Below, piece after piece: positions 9,757-19,645 of a DNA stretch of 55,920 nt. The DNA is from a bacterium (lineage in GTDB: Bacteria > SZUA-182 > DTGQ01), in NCBI GenBank assembly GCA_040752695.1, contig JBFMGO010000029.1, positions 1 to 55,920 on the forward strand, written 5' to 3'. The notes beneath the pieces are model-generated. The model did not search any database and was not told the DNA's origin. It worked only from the letters and a program-made list of their open reading frames with translations. The translations under genes were made by a program, and so were the position numbers. Every line of letters begins with the position of its first letter. Position 1 is the first letter of the stretch.

Positions 9757-10535
9757 CTACCTGTTTTCTCCTTTTCCGGCCATGATTCTGACCACTTCTT
9801 CAGCTAGGCTGGCCAAAAGAACATAAGGAGGCGGAGGTTCCTTCCCCTTTCTTTTCCAGATGCTGAATGCCGCAACGCCATATGAACCAAATATCCAGTC
9901 CTTCGCTTCGCGGCCCGCACCCTGAGCTGCACAGTCGAAATACCAGACCGTTGCATGGGTCTTCAGATCGTAGACCTTGAGGGACATCGCGACACGGGAT
10001 GTTTCGGTCCCCTGGGCAAAAAAAAATCGGTTATCCTCCCCCGCACCAGAAGATCAAAACCCTTTTCTCCTGCCTGGTCCATGAGAGCTTCCTCCGGTCC
10101 CTCTTGAGCGGAAAAACGCTGGGTGACCTTAAACACTCTCTGCTTCAAAAAGGCCTTTTGAAAAATAGCCGTGCATTCCGCGCCAAGGGTCTGCGACGGA
10201 TGAGGAATGAGAGCAGAGAAGACAAACGCTGCCTTCGCCTGTTTACAGGAGAAACTGCGGGGTACAACAATAGGATTGATAACGGTGACACCGCCGTCTT
10301 TGCGGTGATACTGTACAGGCTGGAAACTGGTGCCACTGGTGTAGTACCGAAACGCCGGATTATCACTGTATTCGGCCCTGCTGGCCGTAACCTTTTGCAG
10401 AGAAACACAGCCAAACGAAAACCAGAGGCCGGTAATCATGATAATCATGCCGAACGGGAATGGTCTTTTTTCCCCTGTCACCATTATGCCTGTCACGAAT
10501 CGATTATTCCTTACTATGCACTCCTTACGTACCAT
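9757..10535 (-). pseudogene. Lipoprotein gene split by a frameshift at a T9 homopolymer (ORFs 9963-10535 and 9757-9987)
   Basis: Lipobox-like FSFGC; A9 run at 10018-10026 (+ strand); T10 or T7 joins RITDFF to AQGTETSRVAMSLKVYDLKTHATVWY in one frame. Confidence 0.7.
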
Positions 10536-10624
10536 GATACTCCTTTACGATGAAACTCCTTCGCTCATATGCAGTTATAGTAACCATCTTCATGGAAATG
10601 ACGGTTGATACTCTTCGAACCAAT

Positions 10625-10709
10625 AGATTTAGAGCCACTCCGGATTTAGGCCCACTCCGGATACAGAGCTACGCCGGATAGAGAGCTACTTTGGATACAG
10701 AGCTACTGC
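10625..10709. repeat. 17-nt degenerate tandem repeat, 5 units
   Basis: agatttagagccactcc / ggatttaggcccactcc / ggatacagagctacgcc / ggatagagagctacttt / ggatacagagctactgc. Confidence 0.8.
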
Positions 10710-11455
10710 GGCAGCATATATTCATAGACTCCCGACTCCTCAGACTGCTGCTCGTCTCCCATGAGAAGATCTCCGATAAAGGAAGTCCTGGGGATCTTTC
10801 CGTTCCAGCTTTTCAGTATCCGGAAGTCGGAAGCACGGGCAATTCTGGCCGTAATCAGGACCTCCCGTTCGGAGGCCAGATAGGTTCCGTAAATGACTGC
10901 ATCGGTGTGAATGGTGTCAGGTATCTTGCCGGTGTTCCGGGTCAGGACCATTTCACCTTCTCTCTCGATTATATAGATACTATGCCCCCTCCTGATTTCG
11001 ATAACAGGAAAGCCAAGGTCACTCAAGGCAGTCATCAGCCGCTCCGAGAGGATGCGGCCAAAGGCTGAGGTTTTCTTCAGGTTGTTTAATTCCACAAAGG
11101 TGGTAATCAGGACTTTTTTACCAGGAGAGCCCTCCATCGGGACCGTGGAAAGTTCACTGCTCATCTCCTGAATCAGGGTGTCCAGAAGCTCGGAACCGTC
11201 AACTGTCTGAGAGTTGCCTCTATGAGGGGGAGGAAATGCCCCAGCCGGGAATTTCACAGGAATGCAGGCCGAAAGCAGGAAGAGGGAAAAGACCAGAGGA
11301 AGAAAGACACGCAGGAAAGAAGCAGAAGGATAAGGAGAAAAAAGCGAATGCAGAGATATTGGCGATAGGAGCGAAGACCGAGATAGCGGAGAAGAAAGGG
11401 ATAGCGGAGAAGATGAAGATGGCGGAGAAGATGAAGATAGATAAGCAGGCCGCAT
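10703..11455 (-). CDS. FlgO-like outer-membrane lipoprotein
   Basis: LFLLSAC lipobox; VLITTFVELNNLKKTSAFGRILSERL...GEMVLTR...VIYGTY...VLITARI matches the FlgO-domain pattern; start uncertain (11455 or later), and the ORF-track start 11605 lies beyond a terminator. Confidence 0.75.
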   Translation of the reverse strand: MRPAYLSSSSPPSSSSPLSLSSPLSRSSLLSPISLHSLFSPYPSASFLRVFLPLVFSLFLLSACIPVKFPAGAFPPPHRGNSQTVDGSELLDTLIQEMSSELSTVPMEGSPGKKVLITTFVELNNLKKTSAFGRILSERLMTALSDLGFPVIEIRRGHSIYIIEREGEMVLTRNTGKIPDTIHTDAVIYGTYLASEREVLITARIARASDFRILKSWNGKIPRTSFIGDLLMGDEQQSEESGVYEYMLPQ

Positions 11456-11562
11456 CGAAAAACCTTCATTCGATAGTGGCTGGCGCAATTCCATACGTAA
11501 CTCCAGGATTTCCGAACAAAGTGGAGCCATACAAAGTGGAACCACCCAATAAACAATAAACA

Positions 11563-11596
11563 GACCCGGAAAGAGGGCACTCCCTCTTTCCGGGTC
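11563..11596 (-). terminator. Intrinsic terminator after the 2640-aa gene
   Basis: GACCCGGAAAGAGGG-CACT-CCCTCTTTCCGGGTC perfect 15-bp stem followed on the minus strand by TGTTTATTGTTTATT. Confidence 0.8.
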
Positions 11597-11645
11597 GCAA
11601 TACATCGATTCGGGATGACACTACCCCGACCTTATGGTTATGTGG

Positions 11646-14600
11646 TTAGGCACCTGGTGGTGGGCCAGCAGGCTCCAGGATCGTAATGTTCACATCTGCA
11701 CTGACCGTATTGCCTGCGCTATCCGTTGCCGTTACCGTTATGGTCTGAGGTCCTTGCGGCAGTGCATCGCTGTAAACCGTTTCTCCTGTTCCAATCATCT
11801 GTCCGCCCGCCGACAGAGTCCAGACAATTGAATCGGAGGGCAGACTCCCATCTTCTTCATCGAAAACGGTGGCTGAAAATGTGATATTCATCCCATACTC
11901 AAAGCTGTCTCCATTCGTGGGCGACATTATGGTGACCACTGGAGGATTATCCGTCTCTGGAGGAGGTTCATTGACAGTAATGGTCACGCTGGTACTACCC
12001 GTATTGCCACGACTGTCCGTTACCGTTACGGTTATTGTATGTTCCCCCGCCGACAGGCCGCCATAGTCGGTCCACTCTCCTGTTCCAATCGTCAATCCAT
12101 CCGGCAATTCAGTCCAGACGATCGAATCTCCGGTGAGAGTTCCATCTTCATCGTCATAAGCAGTGGCCTCGAATTCGATAGTCGCGTTATAGTCATAGAC
12201 AGCCCAATTGAGGGGCGATAACATGGTAACCATTGGAGGGTTATTCGTCGGCGTAGGTTCATTAATGGTAATGGTCACGCTGGCACTGGCTGTATTCCCA
12301 TCGCTGTCCGTCACGGTTACGGTTATATCCTGAGTTCCGGGCGGCAGTGCATAATAGTAAAAGGCTGTCCCTGTTCCAAACGGCTCGGCCAGCGACGATG
12401 ATGTCCACACAACCGCATCAGATGGCAGATCTCCATCTTCTTCATCGTACACCCAGGCTTCGAAGGGGATATCATCCTCATAGTAATAGATGGCGCCGGG
12501 CGAGGGCGATGAAATGCTGACTGCTGGAGGAGTATTGGTCGGGTTAACCGGTTCGTTGATAGTAACGGTCACGCTGGCACTGGCTGTATTCCCATCTTTG
12601 TCCGTCACGGTTACGGTTATATCGTGCGTTCCGGAGGGCAGCACATCGTAGGAAAACTCTGTCCCTATTCCGAATTGTCCGACAAGTGACGATGTCCAGA
12701 CAACCGCCTCAGGCGGAAAGGAGACATCATCCTGGTCATAAATATAGGCCGTAAACCAGATGGGAGCCTCAAACTCGTATATCTCGCCATTCCAGGGCGA
12801 TTCTATGGAGACCGAGGGAGGATATCCGCCACAGGGCGGGATATCGTACCAAATGTGTGTATAGCCCTGGTCTTTCAGGGCATCCACCGGGAACCATACC
12901 GGCACCTGCGGATTCGGCATCCCTGAAAAGACCAGAACCATCTCCGGCGTGGCAGGAATACCGCTTAAGGTAAGGACGCACGGACCTGGCCAGGTATCGG
13001 GCATAGTAACAGATGTTACTATTATTTGATTGCCGCCGCAGTCCAAAGCCTCCATGGGCGTTCCCTCGGGGCTATCGATCCGGTTGGGATCAAGCAGGCG
13101 GTAGTTTGCCGGATTTCCGGCCCAATCAGCGGGTATGCTGTCATCGTACGTGTAATCAACCGTCAGGGTGGCTACGGGCACATCCTGACCGGGTTCACTC
13201 GCTAAGGAGAAGCTGGTGTACGGAGAAATAAAGATCGGAGCCGGCACATGCACATCGAAGGAGCATGGAGCATCGGTCAGTGGCTGACCATCGATGGTTT
13301 TGCACCTTTCCGATATATTGACGGTATAGTCACAAGGCGGCTGGTTCAAGAAGCCATCGCCTGTATAGAAAGCGGTAATCACCGTGACCGTGTTGTTCTC
13401 ATACCATGTCTGCTCAACCCAACTGGGGAACAGGGTCTCACTCCAGGGATTGGTGATTACGAGCTCATCTCCTCCTATTCTTGTCGTATTCGGATCCATG
13501 GGCACGTCGAATTGAATGGCGATCTTCCCGGCTCGCACTCTCCAGTAGTCATACGAGCCTCCTTCATCGAAGACGTTCCGTATGTCGTGCATGGTTTCCA
13601 CACCGACTACATCCAATACTCTTCCGGTGTACGCTTTTCCCTGGAAGGTGGCAACACCGTTTTGCGGCAGTATCTCATACACCTTGTCGGAGTCCTTAAC
13701 ACCGGTTACCTGCAAGGTGTATTCCACTGTTTCCTGCGGGTCGGTCTTGATCAGGACCTGGCCATCTCCAGGCAAGATAGTTGATGCGTAGGCCGGGTCG
13801 CACTGATTGGGATCCCAGCCATTGGGATCCCATCTGTTGTTCTCATAGCATGCATAATCCAGAACATGCTGGATTCCCAGTTCCCTGATTACTCCATTTC
13901 CATCCACGTAGGAAATGTTGTAATTATCGGCATTGAGAGCGGTTTCGGAATCCAGTGCCTCAGTGAAGTACAAGCGGATGTAGTCATGGTCCTCTCCGCC
14001 CAGCCGCTCGATACCCTGCAGCCTGAACACGTATTCAGGCTGGTTGATGGTAATGGTCACGATTTCAGTGGCCGTATTATTGTCACTGTCTGTCACGGTT
14101 ACGGTTATTTCGTGGATTCCAGGTGGCAGCAGGTTATTATAGGAGAACTCTGTCCCTGTTCCATAGCAGAACCCTGTCCCTGTTCCGATTTGTCCGATCG
14201 ACGACAATGTCCAGACTACTGCATCAGGTGGCAACCATCCATCTTCTTCATCGTATACCCAGGCATCAAAGCAGATAGCGTCCCCAAAGGCAAAGATAGA
14301 GCCATCCCCAGGTGATGAAATGACGACCGATGGAGGAGTGTCCGTGGGGATAGGCGGTTCATTGATGGTAATGACTACGGTTTCAGTGACCGTATTACCA
14401 TCGCTGTCTGTCACGGTTACGGTTATTTCCTGCATCCCGGACGGCAGCAGGTCATAGGGAACCGATGTCCCTGTCCCGAATGGTCCGATCAGCGACGATG
14501 TCCAGACAATCGAATTAGGCGGCAGTTCTCCATCTTCTTCATCGTAGACAGAGGCTTCGAACCAGATCATGTCCCCATACTCGTAGATGGCACCAGACGA

Positions 14601-17600
14601 GGGCGATGACATACTGACCCCTGGGGGATTATTCGTAGGAATGGGCGGATCGTTGATGATGATGGTTATACTGGCGCTGGCCGTATTCCCATCTTTGTCC
14701 GTCACGGTTACGGTTATATCATGGGTACCGGACGGCAGCGCATCATAGTAAAAATCCATCCCTGTTCCAAATGGTCCGACCAGCGACGATGTCCAGACCA
14801 CCGCCTCAGGCGGGAACGAGTCATCATCTTCATCGTAAATAGAGGCTGAAAACCAGACGGTGCTCTCATAATCATAGGTCTCACCATTATACCAGGGCGG
14901 TCCTATGCTGACCTGTGGCGGATATCCTCCACAGGGAGGCCTGTCACACCAAATACCTGAGTAGCCTACGTCTTTCAGGGCATCCACCGGGAACCATGCC
15001 GGTATTTGGTAATTCGGTAATCCCGAAAAGACCAGAATCATCTGCGGTGTGGCCGGAATACCACTTAAGGTGAGGACGCATGGCCCCGGCCAGGAATCGG
15101 GCATAGTAACGGATGTTACCGTTATTTCATTACCGTTGCAATCCAAAACCGGCCTGAATATTATCTTAGGAGTATCGATCTGGTTCGGATCAGATTCATT
15201 GGTATCCATCCAGTTAGGATCAAGCAGGCGGTAATTTCCTGGATTTTGGGCCCAATCAGTGGGTATGCTTCCCTCATAACTGTAATCGACCGTCAGGGTG
15301 TTCTGACCGGGTTCACTCGTTACGGAGAAACAACTGGTGTACGGTGAAAAGAAGACAGGCTCCTGGACGTATACATAGAAGGAATACGGGGCATCGGTCA
15401 GTGGCTCGCCCTGGGCGTTTTTGCACTTTTCCGTTATCTTGACTCTCAAGTCGCGGGGTGTATAGTTCCAATATCCATCAGCCGCATAGAAAGCGGTAAT
15501 TACCGTGATCGTGTCGTTCTCATACCATGCCTGCTCGAACCCGCTGGGATATATTTCCTCATCCCAGAAAGTGGTGAGTATGAGCTCATCTCCTCCTATC
15601 CTGGTCGTATTTGGGTCCATGGGCACGTCGAACCGAATGGCTATCATCTCGGTTCGCACTCTCCAATTGCCATATGAAGATCCTGCATCAAAGGCATTCC
15701 CGATATCGTGCATGGTTTCCACACCGGCCACTTCCATTACCTTTCCGGTATACTTTTTCCCCTTGAATTTGGCGATACCCCTCTCCGGCAGTATCTCATA
15801 CCGTCGGCTGGAGTTCTTGACACCGGTTACGTGCAGAGTGTATTCCACCGAATCCTGCGGATCGGTCTTGATCAGAACCTGGCCATCTGCCCTCATGACG
15901 GGTGGTGCATAAGCTGGATCACATTGATTAGGATCCCAGCCATCAGGATTCCAGACATTAGGATCCCAACTGCTGTTATCGTAGCAATCGTGATCCACAA
16001 CCCACTGAATTCCCAGTTCTCTGGTTGCCCCATTGCCATCCAGGTAGGAAATGCTGTAATTGTTGGCATCCAGAGCGGTTTCGGAATCCACATCCTCATT
16101 GAAGTACAGGCGGATGAGGTCATAGCGGTCTTGTTCTTCCTGCTTAACACCTTTCAGCTCGGGCAGGATGATATCCGGGTTGACGACGAGGATCCATTCC
16201 CCCGGAGTATTGGCAAATTGACCCTTCAGGGTCCATGGCAGATTTCCATCTATCTCGGGCGGAGTCAGGTGGTCCAGCCCCTTCAGTGTCTGCACCTTGA
16301 TTAAGGCATACTGAACCGGCTGGTAATGCAACTCGGCCATGTCAGCATAGTCTGAATCTGACACTTGGTTTTGATCGCGATAGAATCTCCAGTCGACACG
16401 ATTAGCATCCCCAAGGTCGACCGGCTGAAAGGATATGATGTTCGGGTCTTTGAAATCAAAGGCATTAAAGCAGCCTGAAGATGCATGAAAGGTTAAAACT
16501 CCCATTCTGTTATCCGCATTCACCCAGATTTTGGGCTTCTCCGTAGTGAAAGAGAAAGTATACGGAATATTATACTCGATCCCGACCGTACTGTTCGAAT
16601 CACCGAAGGATAAAGAATCAAACGAGCTATCAATACCCTTGACGGTAATTCGATATTCAGTATCCGGCAGTACCTGCCTGAAGTTGAAGGCAACCAGACT
16701 GACCTGCTGCCAGGGGCCATCGCATTGCCATCCCCACGGTGAATAATGGCCCAGCGGGCAGTCACCAAAATACGGATTATACTCAACCAGGTAGTCGTCA
16801 CCCTGAATGAGCTGAGTTTCACCAGCCCAGATTTCAGCATCGATGCCGCCGGAAATATAAGGCTGAGCAAAGTACAGGTTGACCCGTCTGTATTCCAGGT
16901 CAACATTTTCCTCTCCATCGTGCGGCTCCGTGCGATAGAGCAGCTTCTGCACTTTCGGTCCTTCTTCCTCGCTCTGGCACATGGTGGTAAAGACCAGGTC
17001 CTTATCCACCCAGAGGAAAGGTACGCCATCGCAGACTAAAGCCTTGGTGTCAGGATCGGTGTTCAAATGGATTCTGTAATTGGTGCAGGTATCCATTGTA
17101 AAGGCAATCTGCAGCCGGGACCATCCGAACTCCTGCTCGGACCAGAAAAACGCGGGCACCGGATAGTTGGGATGTTCAGGCCCGGGATCTGCCCCGGCTC
17201 CGTAGTAGCTGCCGATAACCTCGATGCTGTTCTCAACGACATCCTTCATCCCTTCCGTCAACTGGCCGCAGAACTGAATCGTGACCACATTATCCGTGCC
17301 GCTCTCATCCAGATAATAACCGGTCTCTCCCTGCTCCGGATTGGTATACGCTATCCCCACTCTCTCGGTGGAGAAGTGATGAGTCCTTTCGGGCAGCAAG
17401 GAACCGTCATCGGCCTTGATATTCCTCATGGTGAGCGTAAAATGGGAAGATGCGGGAAGTGATTGAGGTATCAGGCTAAAATCATTCGGACTATACTGAT
17501 AGAATGGAACATCCTGCCAGACGCTGCCACTATCCGTAGCCAGGACAAAATCCGCTTCGGAAATATTGACACCGACATTATACCTGAAGTAAAGATCACC

Positions 17601-19568
17601 CGATCCGCACTCCAATATTTCCCCCTCAGCCGGATACCGGTCCACCAGACGGGGAACTTTGGTCCGGAATGTGCCGGAGAAGGCCGCAATCTTCTTGCCT
17701 TTGAAAGAAAGTGCCTCGCCATCCAGCTCGATCCTGTAGACATGGTCATATCGGCGGGGGAAGAAAATAGCCAGCCGGTCGCCGATGCGCTGCTTGCCTT
17801 CTGCACTGTCGCACTCTTCGCAATCATAAGGATGATTTGGATCATACGGGTAGTCGGGAGAATCAGAGTGCGATCCGCTATCTCCGAATCCGGGCAGCGG
17901 CACCCAGGCCAGTTTGTATGAAGGCTCCTGGTCGGTGGCGTTCTGCCTGGCCGGGATCTCTACTCCATTGGTATCGTTAAATACATGAATATGCTCCTGC
18001 ACGGAATCGCGGTCGGTAATGGTATTGAAAATCAGGGTCACCGGCTCATCGAGGCCGTTTTCGATGCTGCCGCTCTTTGGAAGCATGGCGGCAACTTGAG
18101 GAGAGGCGGTGGTGAACTGAATGGTGAAATTCCCGGTGACCGGATCAAACTTATCAGGAGGATGGAAAATATTCACGATAGGGTCACCAAAGATGGTCCT
18201 GATAGATGACGCCAATACGATAGCATAGCTCGTGTTCTCTGCATAGAGTCCATGAATTTCGATATCGGTTTTACCCCAGATCACTCTTTGTCCCGGCAGA
18301 GCCGGTGTAATAGTCAGGTCCGTATCGAGATTCACCGAGTTTTGGTCGATCAGATTGGTGAATCCGGCTCTGACGCACCCTCCCACATCAATACCGGTTG
18401 CTCCGTTGGGAATAAAATAATCGTCATCGTCGTCACCACCATCAATCATCCAGGCCATCAGCTCTCTCATCTCGAAGGAGTAGATATAGTCATGGTACAG
18501 GGGATTGCCGCCTTTGTCCTTGATTGTATTCTTAATGCGGATGACATACTTACCAACCGGCATCTCGCTGCCGGCAATCTTCTGACCGTCATCCTTCACG
18601 GGAATAATAGTCAGCTTGCAGGGTGAAGGAGAAAAGGACCACGGCCCATCATCTTCCTGATAATAGTCACTAAAATAAGCATCGTACCACCCCCATTCGA
18701 ATTTCCAGCGTAGATTTCTGTCTGCAAATGCCGGCGGGGCTTCGATCAGAACCGTTTCCCCTTCCTTGACCGAATTGGCGTCCATTTCCCGGGTGAATTT
18801 CACGAGGATTCCCGGCTGGGGATAAAAGGCGCCGCTGTAATCACTAAATAACTCGTAGCGATGAACAATGGCCGGATGGTTGGGATCATGGCTTTCTCCG
18901 ATTTTATCGGGAGCTACGTAGTCGATGGAGGCGAAGCGGCCAATGATGGAACCCTCAATGGTCCCCATATCTCTGGTCCTTCCTGCCTCTATGGCTACCT
19001 CATCGTTCAGGGCAAAATCTTTTCCATCATCTTGACCACGCATAACCCCTACCCGGTAGTTTCCGATGGGGATTCCCCTGATCTTGTAAACCCCGTTAGA
19101 GTTAGTGACTGCCATGAACTGGGTCCCATACAGGAAAACCACCACTCCCTGCTGCGGGCTCTGGAACCAGGTGATCCGGCCGGTCAGATCACCGGTCGCG
19201 GTCAGGACAAAATCCAGATTGACGGTTCCAGCCAAAAGCCTCACCTTCTGAGAAGCCTTTTGATTGCTCTTCTCATCAGCTATTATGATATAACTGCCCT
19301 GTTGCAGGGACATGAGATAATTGCCAGCCGAGTTGGTGAAAGCGGTGCGAACGGGCTGGGAGTCCTGGCCGGGAATAGAGCTATCGGGATATGCGGAAAT
19401 CAAAACCCCATCCTTCGGTACCCCATTGCTGACAACTGTCCCGGTGAGGATGCCCTGACCTTTCAGTTGTCCCTCGCTCGTAGTTTCGTTGTCCTTTGTG
19501 GAACACCCCAGCCCGAGAAGGAAAATAAAGGCCAGTAGAAAGGTCCACGTTTTTTTGGAAGCGCGCAT
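11646..19568 (-). CDS. Giant surface lipoprotein (2640 aa) with carboxypeptidase-regulatory-like, SbsA/Big-like and PKD-like Ig repeats
   Basis: Signal peptide ending LLGLGC; beta-sandwich motifs; two copies of an approx. 400-aa module; seven approx. 100-aa repeats PPxVxIxSP...VYDEEDG..VWTS..ITVTVTDxDGN; acidic composition; SD AGGAG upstream. Confidence 0.85.
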   Translation of the reverse strand: MRASKKTWTFLLAFIFLLGLGCSTKDNETTSEGQLKGQGILTGTVVSNGVPKDGVLISAYPDSSIPGQDSQPVRTAFTNSAGNYLMSLQQGSYIIIADEKSNQKASQKVRLLAGTVNLDFVLTATGDLTGRITWFQSPQQGVVVFLYGTQFMAVTNSNGVYKIRGIPIGNYRVGVMRGQDDGKDFALNDEVAIEAGRTRDMGTIEGSIIGRFASIDYVAPDKIGESHDPNHPAIVHRYELFSDYSGAFYPQPGILVKFTREMDANSVKEGETVLIEAPPAFADRNLRWKFEWGWYDAYFSDYYQEDDGPWSFSPSPCKLTIIPVKDDGQKIAGSEMPVGKYVIRIKNTIKDKGGNPLYHDYIYSFEMRELMAWMIDGGDDDDDYFIPNGATGIDVGGCVRAGFTNLIDQNSVNLDTDLTITPALPGQRVIWGKTDIEIHGLYAENTSYAIVLASSIRTIFGDPIVNIFHPPDKFDPVTGNFTIQFTTASPQVAAMLPKSGSIENGLDEPVTLIFNTITDRDSVQEHIHVFNDTNGVEIPARQNATDQEPSYKLAWVPLPGFGDSGSHSDSPDYPYDPNHPYDCEECDSAEGKQRIGDRLAIFFPRRYDHVYRIELDGEALSFKGKKIAAFSGTFRTKVPRLVDRYPAEGEILECGSGDLYFRYNVGVNISEADFVLATDSGSVWQDVPFYQYSPNDFSLIPQSLPASSHFTLTMRNIKADDGSLLPERTHHFSTERVGIAYTNPEQGETGYYLDESGTDNVVTIQFCGQLTEGMKDVVENSIEVIGSYYGAGADPGPEHPNYPVPAFFWSEQEFGWSRLQIAFTMDTCTNYRIHLNTDPDTKALVCDGVPFLWVDKDLVFTTMCQSEEEGPKVQKLLYRTEPHDGEENVDLEYRRVNLYFAQPYISGGIDAEIWAGETQLIQGDDYLVEYNPYFGDCPLGHYSPWGWQCDGPWQQVSLVAFNFRQVLPDTEYRITVKGIDSSFDSLSFGDSNSTVGIEYNIPYTFSFTTEKPKIWVNADNRMGVLTFHASSGCFNAFDFKDPNIISFQPVDLGDANRVDWRFYRDQNQVSDSDYADMAELHYQPVQYALIKVQTLKGLDHLTPPEIDGNLPWTLKGQFANTPGEWILVVNPDIILPELKGVKQEEQDRYDLIRLYFNEDVDSETALDANNYSISYLDGNGATRELGIQWVVDHDCYDNSSWDPNVWNPDGWDPNQCDPAYAPPVMRADGQVLIKTDPQDSVEYTLHVTGVKNSSRRYEILPERGIAKFKGKKYTGKVMEVAGVETMHDIGNAFDAGSSYGNWRVRTEMIAIRFDVPMDPNTTRIGGDELILTTFWDEEIYPSGFEQAWYENDTITVITAFYAADGYWNYTPRDLRVKITEKCKNAQGEPLTDAPYSFYVYVQEPVFFSPYTSCFSVTSEPGQNTLTVDYSYEGSIPTDWAQNPGNYRLLDPNWMDTNESDPNQIDTPKIIFRPVLDCNGNEITVTSVTMPDSWPGPCVLTLSGIPATPQMILVFSGLPNYQIPAWFPVDALKDVGYSGIWCDRPPCGGYPPQVSIGPPWYNGETYDYESTVWFSASIYDEDDDSFPPEAVVWTSSLVGPFGTGMDFYYDALPSGTHDITVTVTDKDGNTASASITIIINDPPIPTNNPPGVSMSSPSSGAIYEYGDMIWFEASVYDEEDGELPPNSIVWTSSLIGPFGTGTSVPYDLLPSGMQEITVTVTDSDGNTVTETVVITINEPPIPTDTPPSVVISSPGDGSIFAFGDAICFDAWVYDEEDGWLPPDAVVWTLSSIGQIGTGTGFCYGTGTEFSYNNLLPPGIHEITVTVTDSDNNTATEIVTITINQPEYVFRLQGIERLGGEDHDYIRLYFTEALDSETALNADNYNISYVDGNGVIRELGIQHVLDYACYENNRWDPNGWDPNQCDPAYASTILPGDGQVLIKTDPQETVEYTLQVTGVKDSDKVYEILPQNGVATFQGKAYTGRVLDVVGVETMHDIRNVFDEGGSYDYWRVRAGKIAIQFDVPMDPNTTRIGGDELVITNPWSETLFPSWVEQTWYENNTVTVITAFYTGDGFLNQPPCDYTVNISERCKTIDGQPLTDAPCSFDVHVPAPIFISPYTSFSLASEPGQDVPVATLTVDYTYDDSIPADWAGNPANYRLLDPNRIDSPEGTPMEALDCGGNQIIVTSVTMPDTWPGPCVLTLSGIPATPEMVLVFSGMPNPQVPVWFPVDALKDQGYTHIWYDIPPCGGYPPSVSIESPWNGEIYEFEAPIWFTAYIYDQDDVSFPPEAVVWTSSLVGQFGIGTEFSYDVLPSGTHDITVTVTDKDGNTASASVTVTINEPVNPTNTPPAVSISSPSPGAIYYYEDDIPFEAWVYDEEDGDLPSDAVVWTSSSLAEPFGTGTAFYYYALPPGTQDITVTVTDSDGNTASASVTITINEPTPTNNPPMVTMLSPLNWAVYDYNATIEFEATAYDDEDGTLTGDSIVWTELPDGLTIGTGEWTDYGGLSAGEHTITVTVTDSRGNTGSTSVTITVNEPPPETDNPPVVTIMSPTNGDSFEYGMNITFSATVFDEEDGSLPSDSIVWTLSAGGQMIGTGETVYSDALPQGPQTITVTATDSAGNTVSADVNITILEPAGPPPGA

Positions 19569-19645
19569 CCTGTTTCTCCTTTCTCAAAAAAGCGGTGAAT
19601 CGGTGAATGACTGATCGATTGTTAAAAACACCTCATTGTTCAACA

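Noticed and set aside
11456..11605. N-terminal 50 codons of the FlgO-like ORF
   Set aside because: Overlap the upstream gene's terminator hairpin, so the real start is further downstream
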